64,000 bases of DNA from Myxococcota bacterium (GTDB lineage: Bacteria > Myxococcota_A > Polyangia > Polyangiales > Houyiibacteriaceae): positions 64,001 to 128,000 of the forward strand of contig JBCCEA010000005.1 of the NCBI GenBank assembly GCA_039030515.1. The letters are read 5' to 3'. The notes beneath the pieces were generated by a model. The model was not told the DNA's origin, made no database searches, and was given only the letters and a program-made list of their open reading frames with translations. This document shows positions 9,526 through 18,961 of this stretch, piece by piece (position 1 is the first letter of the stretch; each line of letters starts with the position of its first letter). Position numbers and translations under genes: made by a program.

Positions 9526-11754
9526 ATGGCTGAAGCGCCGATCGAACGATTCAAGACACGCGTCCAACTGTTCACCGGCAAGGGTGGCGTGGGAAAGTCT
9601 ACGCTCACAGCCGCAGTGGCGTTGGCCCTCCGCGAACGCGGTCTTCGGCCGCTTATTGTCGAGCTCGGCCACCGAGCTTCGATGGAGACGATTTTAGGCA
9701 AAGGGCCGATTGGCCACCGACCCGTTGAAGTAAGCCCTGGCGTATTTGCGTCCAACGTCGACCCTCGATTGGCGGTAGACGAATTCATACGAGATCAAAT
9801 ACCGGTCAAAGCCTTGGTATCGAGAGTCTTGCGAAGCCGAACCCTCGACCGATTCTTTGCAGCGGCCCCCGCGGTTACCGAAGTCGCGACGCTGCACTAT
9901 CTTGAGAAGCTGGCCAATCTGCGCCGTCCGGACGGTTCGCCTACCTACTCGACCATTCTGGTTGACCTCGACGCAACCGGACACGCCCTGATGTTTTTGG
10001 GGCTCCCGGCGGTCTTCCACAACATCGCAGACCAGGGGCCTTTGCGTACCCTGCTCGATCGAACCACCGCCCTTCTCACCGACCCACTACGAACTCACTT
10101 ACATCTCGTCACTTTGCCGACTGAGCTTGCGGTCGAAGAGACCATGCAGCTTTACCGTGCCTTGTCGCCTCGTCGTTCCTCGCTGCCCGCCCGCGCCACC
10201 AAACTCGCGTCAGTCGATGCTCCCGTTCAACTAGGGCATGTCGTGCTCAATCAAATGCCCGAGTCTCCGTTCATGCATGCCCTGCCTCAGGAAGCAGGAC
10301 CTATCGGGATCGCACCTTCGGAAACGACCGAAGGAAGAGACACGCTGCACGTCCGCGCCCACCGTCGATTCCAAAACGCAACCCACCTGAAGCAGCGGTT
10401 GGAAGCTGAGCTGGGAGTGAACTGCCTTGAGATACCGGAACTCGATTACGCACCGGTCGGCGAACAGCTGAACCTGCTGCGCGACCATTTGCTCGGTCGT
10501 TCGATGCCGCGCACGCGTACGCTATCCGAGGCGCCCGCATCCGGCGCGCATTTCTCGGCAAAAGATCTCGATCACGAACCCGCGCTCGATCAGCTCATTC
10601 AATCGAACCGGCTCGTCGTCTGCGTGGGCCCAGGCGGAGTGGGCAAGACGACCACAGCCGCCGCTTTGGCACTCCGCGCCAGTCGTCAGGGCCTCAAGGT
10701 GCTCGTCCTCACGATCGACCCGGCAAGACGACTGGCAGACGCACTCGGTCTAGACGGGCTGGACGACGCCATCCATCGGGTGCCCGCCGAGGGGAACGGT
10801 GCACTCTACGCAGCGATGCTCGATACCAAGCGGAGCTACGATTCGCTCATCAAACGCATCGCCCGAGACGAACGATCGCGACGTCAAATATTCGACAACC
10901 GAGTCTACCAAGCTTTTTCCAAGACTTTGGCGAGGTCCCATGCCTACGTGGCGATGGAGCGGCTCTACGATGTCGTCGAGGATGGCGACTTCGATTTGGT
11001 AGTGCTCGACACTCCGCCGACGCGCTCCGCACTGGATATTTTGGACGCTCCCGGGCGGCTCTCAGGATTTTTGCAAGGACGAGTCGTTCGCTGGTTCCTG
11101 AAACCATCCTCAGGACTGGGCGCCGGAAGGGCCATCATCGAACTGCTGGGTCTCGTTATCGGGGATACGGTCGTCGAGCATTTGGTTTCGTTCTTTGACG
11201 CCCTGTCCCATCTTCGCCTCGGTTTTGAGACGCGAGCCAACCGAGTCAAAGCTATTCTCGAGGAGTCGACCACTGCGTTTGTGCTGGTCACGGCTCCCGA
11301 AACCACGTCCTTGAGCGACGCCCGGTATCTCCGGGAAGGTCTGCGAGGCAGAGGCATCCGGCTCCAGGCCGTGGTGTTCAACCGAGCCTATCAAACGGAA
11401 CCAGGCACCCGGGAACCGGTAAAAGCTACGTCCATCGCACACGGCGGAACAACCAGCCGCCGGAGCAAAGTGGTGCTGAAGAACGATCGACTCTTTCGCG
11501 CCATGAGAGAGTTCCTCAAGGCCACCGCTCCGGAACGCGTCATCCTGGTACCCGAACTTGAAAACGACGTCCGTTCCGTGAAGGGCCTGGAGCAATTTTG
11601 GCAGCGTACACATGAGGCTTCCAGACCCCCGCTACAGAAACCGGGAGCACAACAAATCGGGCCCGTGAAGGCAAAGCCACCGGAGCCGAAAGGGACGCTC
11701 GAGTACGACCGACTGGCGGCCCCTACACGACGTGATAAGCCGGAGCCGTCATGA
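9526..11754 (+). CDS. ArsA/GET3-family ATPase with two tandem ATPase domains
   Basis: P-loops GKGGVGKST and GPGGVGKTT; switch motifs DLDATGH and DTPPT; TIDPARRLA. Confidence 0.88.
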   Translation: MAEAPIERFKTRVQLFTGKGGVGKSTLTAAVALALRERGLRPLIVELGHRASMETILGKGPIGHRPVEVSPGVFASNVDPRLAVDEFIRDQIPVKALVSRVLRSRTLDRFFAAAPAVTEVATLHYLEKLANLRRPDGSPTYSTILVDLDATGHALMFLGLPAVFHNIADQGPLRTLLDRTTALLTDPLRTHLHLVTLPTELAVEETMQLYRALSPRRSSLPARATKLASVDAPVQLGHVVLNQMPESPFMHALPQEAGPIGIAPSETTEGRDTLHVRAHRRFQNATHLKQRLEAELGVNCLEIPELDYAPVGEQLNLLRDHLLGRSMPRTRTLSEAPASGAHFSAKDLDHEPALDQLIQSNRLVVCVGPGGVGKTTTAAALALRASRQGLKVLVLTIDPARRLADALGLDGLDDAIHRVPAEGNGALYAAMLDTKRSYDSLIKRIARDERSRRQIFDNRVYQAFSKTLARSHAYVAMERLYDVVEDGDFDLVVLDTPPTRSALDILDAPGRLSGFLQGRVVRWFLKPSSGLGAGRAIIELLGLVIGDTVVEHLVSFFDALSHLRLGFETRANRVKAILEESTTAFVLVTAPETTSLSDARYLREGLRGRGIRLQAVVFNRAYQTEPGTREPVKATSIAHGGTTSRRSKVVLKNDRLFRAMREFLKATAPERVILVPELENDVRSVKGLEQFWQRTHEASRPPLQKPGAQQIGPVKAKPPEPKGTLEYDRLAAPTRRDKPEPS

Positions 11755-13574
11755 AGCCCGCGTCCAGAGAAAAACTAAGAAATATTGCGATTATCGCACA
11801 CGTCGATCACGGCAAGACCACCCTTGTCGACGCCATGCTGCAGCAGTCTGGCGTATTTCGCGCGAACGAAGCCGTCTCAGAGCGGGTGATGGACAACAAC
11901 GACTTGGAACGGGAACGTGGGATCACGATCTTGGCCAAGCATTGCTCGGTTTCCTGGCAAGGCCACCGGATCAACATCATCGACACGCCGGGGCACGCCG
12001 ACTTCGGCGGCGAGGTGGAGCGCACCCTTCGCATGGCAGATGGAGCCCTGCTCCTTGTAGATGCAGCAGAAGGCCCGCTACCCCAAACCCGTTTCGTGCT
12101 CGGCAAAGCGCTGGGCCTGGGTATGCCGATCATCGTGGTCGTCAACAAGATCGACCGGCAAGACGCCCGCCCCGACGAAGCACTCACCGAAGTGTTCGAC
12201 TTATTCTGCGACCTTGAAGCGAGCGACGAGCAGAGCGACTTCCCCACCGTCTTTGCTATCGGCAAGGACGGTATTGCAACCAAGGACCTGGCCACGCCGG
12301 GCCAAAACCTCACCCCGCTCTTTGAGACGATCATCGCAGAGGTCCCCCCGCCCAAGGACGATCCAAATCAGCCCTTCCGGATGCTGGTTCACAACACAGA
12401 GCACGACGAGTACGTCGGCCGACTGGCGATCGGACGCATTGCAAGCGGCACCCTGAAAGAGCAGATGCCAGTCCGTTTGCTGACCGAGACTCAGGATCTG
12501 CCGGCAAAAGTTGCAAACCTCTGGGGTTTTGAAGCACTCAATCGCGTCAAGATGGAAGCTGCTGAAGCAGGTGACATCATTGCCATTTCGGGGATGAACG
12601 ATGTGCAGATCGGGGACACGATCGCCTCTCCCGAACGCCCGGAGGCGCTGCCTCGCATTCGAGTCGAGGAACCGACGATCAAGATTCGATTTTGCGTCAA
12701 CACGTCACCCATGGCGGGACTCAGCGGAAAATGGGTCACTTCGCGACATTTGCGGGATCGGCTTTTCAAGGAGGCCAATCGAAACATCGCTCTTAGGGTT
12801 TCAGAGACCGAAGATGCAGATGTCTTTATGGTGCTCGGGCGGGGCGAGCTGATGCTGGCCATCCTCGCGGAAACAATGCGGCGAGAGGGCTACGAGCTCG
12901 CGATGGGCATGCCAGAAGTCGTAGTGCGCGAAGTTGATGGGGAAAAATGTGAACCCTGGGAAAAGGTTGTGGTCGATGTGCCGGAAGAGTTCGTCGGCGC
13001 GGTAAGCACGAGCCTTGGAGAACGCCGGGGTCAAATGACCAAAATGAGCAACTTGGGATTTGGTCGGGCACGTATCGAGTTTCAGATACCCTCGCGCAGC
13101 CTGATCGGCTACCGCAGTCAGTTTCTCACGGAGACCCGGGGCACTGGGCTACTCAACACACTATTCGATAGCTGGCAGCCTTGGGGCGGCACCATGCTCC
13201 GGCGCAAGAACGGCGCCATCGTCTCCGACCGAGCCGGCAAAACCACTCCCTACGCGTTGTTCAACCTACAACCGCGCGGGGTGCTCTTTGTCGGTTCCGG
13301 AACGCCAGTCTACGAAGGAATGGTCATCGGCGAGCACAATCGCGCCACAGACCTCGACGTCAACTGCACCCGCGAGAAAAAACTGACCAATATTCGTGCG
13401 GCCGGCAAAGACGAAAACGTTGCGATTTCCACACCGAAGGCGTTGACCATCGAGGGAGGACTCGAGTTTATCGACCGAGACGAACTACTCGAGGTCACTC
13501 CAGGCGCAATCCGAGTCCGGAAGAAAACCCTGGACACCAAGAGAAGGCCTCGACGGGACGCCGATGTAGTCTAG
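11751..13574 (+). CDS. typA: Translational GTPase TypA/BipA
   Basis: IIAHVDHGKTTLVD, ERERGITI, DTPGHADFGGEVER, NKID, GRGEL, C-terminal KKLTNIRAAG. Confidence 0.98.
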   Translation: MKPASREKLRNIAIIAHVDHGKTTLVDAMLQQSGVFRANEAVSERVMDNNDLERERGITILAKHCSVSWQGHRINIIDTPGHADFGGEVERTLRMADGALLLVDAAEGPLPQTRFVLGKALGLGMPIIVVVNKIDRQDARPDEALTEVFDLFCDLEASDEQSDFPTVFAIGKDGIATKDLATPGQNLTPLFETIIAEVPPPKDDPNQPFRMLVHNTEHDEYVGRLAIGRIASGTLKEQMPVRLLTETQDLPAKVANLWGFEALNRVKMEAAEAGDIIAISGMNDVQIGDTIASPERPEALPRIRVEEPTIKIRFCVNTSPMAGLSGKWVTSRHLRDRLFKEANRNIALRVSETEDADVFMVLGRGELMLAILAETMRREGYELAMGMPEVVVREVDGEKCEPWEKVVVDVPEEFVGAVSTSLGERRGQMTKMSNLGFGRARIEFQIPSRSLIGYRSQFLTETRGTGLLNTLFDSWQPWGGTMLRRKNGAIVSDRAGKTTPYALFNLQPRGVLFVGSGTPVYEGMVIGEHNRATDLDVNCTREKKLTNIRAAGKDENVAISTPKALTIEGGLEFIDRDELLEVTPGAIRVRKKTLDTKRRPRRDADVV

Positions 13575-13612
13575 GGAGCGCTCCCTTTAGACTCTACGAG
13601 CGAACAGGCCCT

Positions 13613-13927
13613 ATGCAGCACCGAATCTCCCACTCACTCTCGCTTGAGCTGGCCCGTAAAGCGACCGACGCCGCGCTTCAAGCCTATCAGGCCCGTTTTT
13701 CAGAGTATGCTCCGAAAGCCACATGGACGTCGGAACAAGTCGCTGAGATCGAGTTCAAAATTAAGGGGTTCACCCTCAAGGGCACGCTGACGCTAGAGGC
13801 TACAGCCATCGTGATCGAGCTGAATGTACCCTTTGCTTTTCGACCTTTTCGCAAACAGGCACTTCAGGTCATCGAACGTGAGATCGCATCCTGGATCGCA
13901 AAGGCAGAAGCCGGCGATCTCAACTAG
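13613..13927 (+). CDS. Polyhydroxyalkanoic acid system family small protein
   Basis: 104-aa ORF MQHRISHSLSLELAR...VPFAFRPFR resembling the PHA granule-region family. Confidence 0.7.
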   Translation: MQHRISHSLSLELARKATDAALQAYQARFSEYAPKATWTSEQVAEIEFKIKGFTLKGTLTLEATAIVIELNVPFAFRPFRKQALQVIEREIASWIAKAEAGDLN

Positions 13928-14120
13928 ATAGCTTCTTAGTTCGACGTAGCAGCGCTCGACTCGAATGCGGGTCCTTTCCCGCGTTTCACCAGCCTGTAGC
14001 GCTGGATGTCCAGCCCAAGACCGCATCACGGGAAGCGATTCGAGCACTTCGGATAAGTCCGGGAGTTCGGGGTTCTTGAGGAATTCCCTAGTTCAGCAAA
14101 ATTCACGAGCCATCGAACAG

Positions 14121-14154
14121 CTGTCCACTTTTTATATAGACAGCATATCGACAG
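14121..14154 (+). promoter_or_regulatory. Putative CarH/CarA-type operator
   Basis: Two adjacent 11-bp direct repeats TATATAGACAG and CATATCGACAG plus one inverted copy, all fitting nAnnTnnACAn, upstream of the operon encoding a CarH-like protein. Confidence 0.7.
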
Positions 14155-14183
14155 ATGCAGTGCGAGGCCCTAGGCTCGTGGTA

Positions 14184-14609
14184 ATGGACAAAACCATTCC
14201 GGCGGACGAATCGTGCGAAGGAGCCCACCGCGTCGAGGTGTTTTTTGACGGTGACTGCCCGTTGTGCATGCGAGAAATCAGGCTGCTCCGGCGCTTAGAC
14301 CGGGAAAATCGAATACGGTTTACCGATATTGCAGCCGCGGATTTCGACCCTTCGAGCTACGGGAAGACGCAGGCAGAATTCATGGCTCAGATCCAGGGAC
14401 GTCTGCACAGCGGTGCTTGGATCCAGGGAGTCGAAGTGTTTCGAGCACTCTATTCCGAAGTCGGATTCAAGACTCTTGTTCAGTGCAGCCGGGCCCCGGT
14501 TGTTCGACAGATTTTGGAATCATCCTACCGGTGGTTTGCAAAACACAGGTTGCGCATCACGGGAAGATGCTCCGCAGAAACATGCAGCGTATCGGACGCG
14601 GAGGCTTGA
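14184..14609 (+). CDS. DCC1-like thiol-disulfide oxidoreductase (DUF393)
   Basis: FFDGDCPLC (DxxCxxC) motif, YRWFAKHR near the C-terminus. Confidence 0.9.
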   Translation: MDKTIPADESCEGAHRVEVFFDGDCPLCMREIRLLRRLDRENRIRFTDIAAADFDPSSYGKTQAEFMAQIQGRLHSGAWIQGVEVFRALYSEVGFKTLVQCSRAPVVRQILESSYRWFAKHRLRITGRCSAETCSVSDAEA

Positions 14610-14613
14610 GAAG

Positions 14614-15513
14614 ATGGCAGGACTTAACGACGGTATTTATCCGATGCGAGCCGTGACCCGGATGACCGGTTTGTCAGCGGATACCATCAGGGTTTGGGAA
14701 CGTCGCCATTGCGCGGTGCATCCACAGCGCACGGCCGGCAACGCGCGTCGGTATACCGCGGATCAAGTCCGAAGACTGATCTTGCTGCAGGAGGCGACAT
14801 CTCGGGGACACGCCATCGGCGACTTGGCGACACTCAACGACGAAGCCTTGAGATCGCTCGCTTCGGGAAACTCCCCCGCCGTAGAGCAGCCCGCGCCACG
14901 ACATCCAGTTGTCGACGAGTACTTAGAAGCAGCGGCCGCGTTTCAGAGCCGGCGCGCGGCGGATGTTCTACATCGCACGGCAGTATTGCTTCCCCCGGGC
15001 GATATGGTGTTTCGAGTGCTGGTGCCGGTTTTACACGAGGTCGGAGGACGCTGGGAAACCGGAGAATTTACGGTAGCCCACGAACATATGGTCTCCAACC
15101 ACGTCAAAGCATTGCTTGCATCGATGGTGCGATTGATTCGAGTCGACGGCAGCGCGCCTAGAATCGTCATCGCCACGCCTCCGGGTCACCATCATGAATT
15201 TGGCTCACTGATCGGCGCGTTCATCGCCGCAAGCCGGAATATCGAGCCGGTGTATCTCGGAGCCAATCTACCCTGGGAAGACCTCACCGAATGCTGCAGG
15301 AGCGTCCGGCCGCGTGCTGTACTGCTGTCCGTTGTCTTAGACTCCGGGAACGATCAAAAAGACATAGTCGGAGAAGAGCTGCGCAAACTCAGTGAAGTCA
15401 CTCCGGTCTGGCTTGGGCTGCCAAAGTCCCATCCTCTCTCGAGTGAAGATATACCGATACGCAAATTTCACGATTTTGAACGGTTCGACACCGCCCTCAA
15501 TGCCGAACTGTAA
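14614..15513 (+). CDS. MerR-family regulator with cobalamin-binding domain (CarH/CarA/LitR-like photoreceptor)
   Basis: IRVWERR MerR motif, W-x9-EH (WETGEFTVAHEH), HEFG, YLGANLP. Confidence 0.9.
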   Translation: MAGLNDGIYPMRAVTRMTGLSADTIRVWERRHCAVHPQRTAGNARRYTADQVRRLILLQEATSRGHAIGDLATLNDEALRSLASGNSPAVEQPAPRHPVVDEYLEAAAAFQSRRAADVLHRTAVLLPPGDMVFRVLVPVLHEVGGRWETGEFTVAHEHMVSNHVKALLASMVRLIRVDGSAPRIVIATPPGHHHEFGSLIGAFIAASRNIEPVYLGANLPWEDLTECCRSVRPRAVLLSVVLDSGNDQKDIVGEELRKLSEVTPVWLGLPKSHPLSSEDIPIRKFHDFERFDTALNAEL

Positions 15514-15589
15514 AGAGCCAAACTCTAAAGATACGTAAAAAACTCGATTTCTATCCAACACGCTCAAACGCGGCGCTATCGGAGTCATC

Positions 15590-16081
15590 ATGATCGAATT
15601 CCGATCCAGTGTATCGACCACGTTGTCGGCTCAAACAGTATTTGACGAAATCGCTGATTTCAGAAACCTGCCAAAATGGGATCCCGGCATCGTCGAATGC
15701 GAAGCCTTGGGTATTGGCGACCCGCGTAAGCTGGGCGGGGAATACCTAGTGACGGCGCGTTTTATGGGCTCGACCCAACGACTGCGCTACCGAGTTACCC
15801 ATTGGGATCCTCCAAAATGCGCGGTGATGAGCTGCAAAACACTATTTTTTCAGGGAGTTGATTCGATAACCGTCGAGGGAGACGCTTCGAACGGCTGCAC
15901 GCTTACCTACCATGCTCAGTTCCGATTTCCCCTCGGCGCTATTGTAGAGCCGTTTCTAAGACCTGTGTTTGAGCGGCTGGGCAACAAGGCGATCGATGGA
16001 CTCAAGAACCACTTCAAGCGACGTGAAATGGATACATCCAGAGTAGCTGCAAACAAAGGTACTGTTGCTGCAGCCCACTGA
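15590..16081 (+). CDS. SRPBCC (START-like) family protein
   Basis: VFDEIADFRNLPKWDP motif and C-terminal amphipathic helix. Confidence 0.85.
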   Translation: MIEFRSSVSTTLSAQTVFDEIADFRNLPKWDPGIVECEALGIGDPRKLGGEYLVTARFMGSTQRLRYRVTHWDPPKCAVMSCKTLFFQGVDSITVEGDASNGCTLTYHAQFRFPLGAIVEPFLRPVFERLGNKAIDGLKNHFKRREMDTSRVAANKGTVAAAH

Positions 16082-16120
16082 CGACTGATTGGCAGTGTGA
16101 ATGAAACCCTGGTCCCAATC

Positions 16121-16576
16121 TCAATTGTGAGGGCTATCGGCTGTTTGTATCGGAACGCCCATGTCGAGCTCAATTCGGTGTACCGCCGGCTCTTTGACGA
16201 TGCGAAGCGCCTGAAGTCGGTCCATGGGAGCAGCCCACAGGAAACGCTCGATGCGACGCAGGCCCAACTTGCGGTAACGCTCCAGTTCCTCCAACTCAGG
16301 GTCTCGATGCAGCACTGCGCGTATATACACCTTTTCGTCCCATGCGCCGTCGAGCCACAACCAGACGTCGTGGTGTATTTTACGTTGTTCCCACGGGCTA
16401 AGCACGTTCTGCCATCCGGCAATCTCGGAGGGAGTGTCTGAGGCGGCTCGAGGATTACTGCTTGCCGAGGAGCTACCGCAGGCAGTGAGTGCAACGACGG
16501 CACACCAAATCCACAAAGGAACGCAAAGGTAGATGGGCAAGCGAGTTGTCTGCAAGGCCTTGCTTGAGTACAGCAT
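16121..16576 (-). CDS. Hypothetical lipoprotein (paralog of 16734-17207)
   Basis: Lipobox LTAC; shares GWQ..LS.W..RK.H...WLWLDG with its neighbour. Confidence 0.75.
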   Translation of the reverse strand: MLYSSKALQTTRLPIYLCVPLWIWCAVVALTACGSSSASSNPRAASDTPSEIAGWQNVLSPWEQRKIHHDVWLWLDGAWDEKVYIRAVLHRDPELEELERYRKLGLRRIERFLWAAPMDRLQALRIVKEPAVHRIELDMGVPIQTADSPHN

Positions 16577-16733
16577 GCGTTCTTCCCGAGTTCTTGTCCT
16601 AGCTAAGTCACTCGCCCTTGCAAATCAAGGTTCCTCTAAAGTTTCACTTCACCGATCTAACTTGAGCACGCCGGTACTGTGGGTCGGGTCGAGAGTTCCC
16701 ATGCGTTTGGGGCTTATGCGACTCAAGCTGCGA

Positions 16734-17207
16734 TTACATCCCGGAGGATGCGCCTTTGCCTACGACTGAAGTCGCAGTGCTAAACACGGAATCGATTTCT
16801 ACGTGTCTCACAGCTGGTTCCTGAACCAAGCGAAGTAAACGGATGCGATCGACCTCTGCAGTCCATTGATAGGGCCCAGACGAGGCCATACCCAAGGACT
16901 CGTAGCGTTCCACTTCAGCATCAGCCGGCTCACGATGAAGCGAGGCACGAATACGTATTGTGTCGCTTTGGCGTACCCCGTCGAGCCAGAGCCAAAGCTT
17001 CAGATGGACTTTTCGACGCTGCCACTGGCTCAGTATCCCCTGCCATCCAGTGCCTACTTCGTCAGCACCTAATTCTTCGGATGCCTGCTGCTCCGAAAGA
17101 TAGGAAGGATGCTCCACGGCATTTAGAGTTGTTGTCGTGCTGCTGCATGCAGCGAGCCCGATACATAGAAAAGGGGCTTTAAGACAATTGCTCTCGAAAC
17201 GCATCAT
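16734..17207 (-). CDS. Hypothetical lipoprotein (paralog of 16121-16576)
   Basis: Lipobox LAAC; similarity to its neighbour over the whole mature domain. Confidence 0.75.
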   Translation of the reverse strand: MMRFESNCLKAPFLCIGLAACSSTTTTLNAVEHPSYLSEQQASEELGADEVGTGWQGILSQWQRRKVHLKLWLWLDGVRQSDTIRIRASLHREPADAEVERYESLGMASSGPYQWTAEVDRIRLLRLVQEPAVRHVEIDSVFSTATSVVGKGASSGM

Positions 17208-17637
17208 GTCCTCCGAGCATTCGACACCACTGGGTTGGTCGGAGAAAACCTGACCACCGCAGTCGCTATGCCTTTGGATGAATCGATCACTGCAAAACCA
17301 CGCGATGTGCGCCTTGGCAATCTGTATGCCGCAACGAAAAACAGGTACCGAAGCGCCAAAAAAGCGGACCTAAGTCTCATAGAGCGCGAATTAGTGATGG
17401 AGACGGTCTTTTTCCGACCTCACAGGTGGCTTCTATATTAGCCGCTCAATTCGAGACAAAATCTGACGTTGTCGGTCCTTACACCCCTATATCCATGTTG
17501 CTTCAGAACATTCTTTGGACTTCAAGCAACAACCTTCACTCTACCTCCGTACATCTCATCGATTGAGACACGTCACCGTCACCGTCGTCACGGGAACGAA
17601 AAAAAACACCCCGTTTGGCTCACGAGGCGTCAAGTGG

Positions 17638-18510
17638 CTAATGTCGTGACCGGATGGCATCTGCCATGGCCAAGAGGGACCTTGCGGACTCAACGTGCAG
17701 GTTCTCGATGAGCTTGCCGTCTACCGTCACCACGCCCTTGCCCTGACGCAGTGCCTCTCGATGGGCATCGATCACCTTCTGAGCCAAAGCGATCGCTTCG
17801 TCAGCAGGCGCAAACGCTTTGTTCGCCGGACCGATCTGTTTTGGGTGGATCAAGGTCTTGCCATCAAACCCCAGTTCAGCGCCTTGCTCGCAACTGAATA
17901 CAAATCCGGCTTCGTCTTCTAAATCGAGATGGACTCCATCGAGCGCGGCGATACCGACAGAGCGCGCAGCCAACAACACGAGGCCCAAAGAAGGCAATAA
18001 GGGGGTTCTTGCATGGGTGTGAGCACAACCCAGATCTTTGGCCAGATCACTGGTACCCAGAACGAATCCCCCGATCCTCGGCGTGGCTTCCGCGATCTGG
18101 GCAGCTTGGAGCACACCGCGTGGCGTCTCGATCATGCACCACAAACGGAGCGTGTCGGATGCTCCGGCGTCAGAGAGAATCGAAGCAGACTTTCGAACCT
18201 CGTCCGCACTTTCCACTTTGGGCAGCAAAACCACGTCTGCGCCGGAAGCCGCGGCGACCTTGAGATCAGCCACCCCCCATGGGGTGTCTCTTCCGTTGAC
18301 GCGAATGATCAGCTCTCGATGTCCGTAGCCACCCTGCTTCACAGCTTCGACCACTTGTGCTCTAGCTTGCTCTTTCTGATCCGGAGCAACAGAGTCTTCT
18401 AGATCCATGATCAGCGCATCCGCATCCAGGCTACGCCCCTTGGTCAGGGATCGGGCATTGCTTCCCGGCATGTAGAGGACGCTGCGACGAGGTCTTGATG
18501 CAACACGCAT
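17638..18510 (-). CDS. CitE-family CoA ester lyase (citrate lyase beta / malyl-CoA lyase or thioesterase-like)
   Basis: RRSVLYMPG, DLEDSV, IETPRG, GTSDL, GKTLIHPKQI. Confidence 0.92.
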   Translation of the reverse strand: MRVASRPRRSVLYMPGSNARSLTKGRSLDADALIMDLEDSVAPDQKEQARAQVVEAVKQGGYGHRELIIRVNGRDTPWGVADLKVAAASGADVVLLPKVESADEVRKSASILSDAGASDTLRLWCMIETPRGVLQAAQIAEATPRIGGFVLGTSDLAKDLGCAHTHARTPLLPSLGLVLLAARSVGIAALDGVHLDLEDEAGFVFSCEQGAELGFDGKTLIHPKQIGPANKAFAPADEAIALAQKVIDAHREALRQGKGVVTVDGKLIENLHVESARSLLAMADAIRSRH

Positions 18511-18961
18511 GCATTTCGAATAACGCAGAACGGCAGACATGACCGGGTCCCCGCATGAGTTCCATCACTGAGACATTCTCAGCGTTACTTGTGAATTCAT
18601 CTCCGTTACGGAAACCTTGGTACGCGCCGCTGGGGCATGTCGACTCCACGATTGCTCGCTCCAAGAGCACCACCTCGCGCAAAACAAGAGCAGCAGGCTT
18701 CGCGACCCACGTCTTGACCCTCTATTCAGGGCAGATGTCTCGCTATGGTCGATAAATGCGGGGGTAGAAGACCGAGCTTCGTGCTATCTCTCACATCGAA
18801 CATCACGCATTGGGCAGTTCCGCTGATCTTTGATGTGTTGTCTCTCAAAGCGCTCTACTGCCTCAACTACCCCACTGTTTAGCGTACTCAATCGATGGGC
18901 CTCTCACGCGGGCCCTCGAAATACCCCGTCAAAGCAACCTCTTGACCGAAGCTACCTCGCG

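Noticed and set aside
9526..11754. Arsenite efflux ATPase ArsA of an ars operon
   Set aside because: No arsB, acr3, arsC, arsD or arsR nearby, and the P-loop pattern fits the non-arsenic paired subfamily
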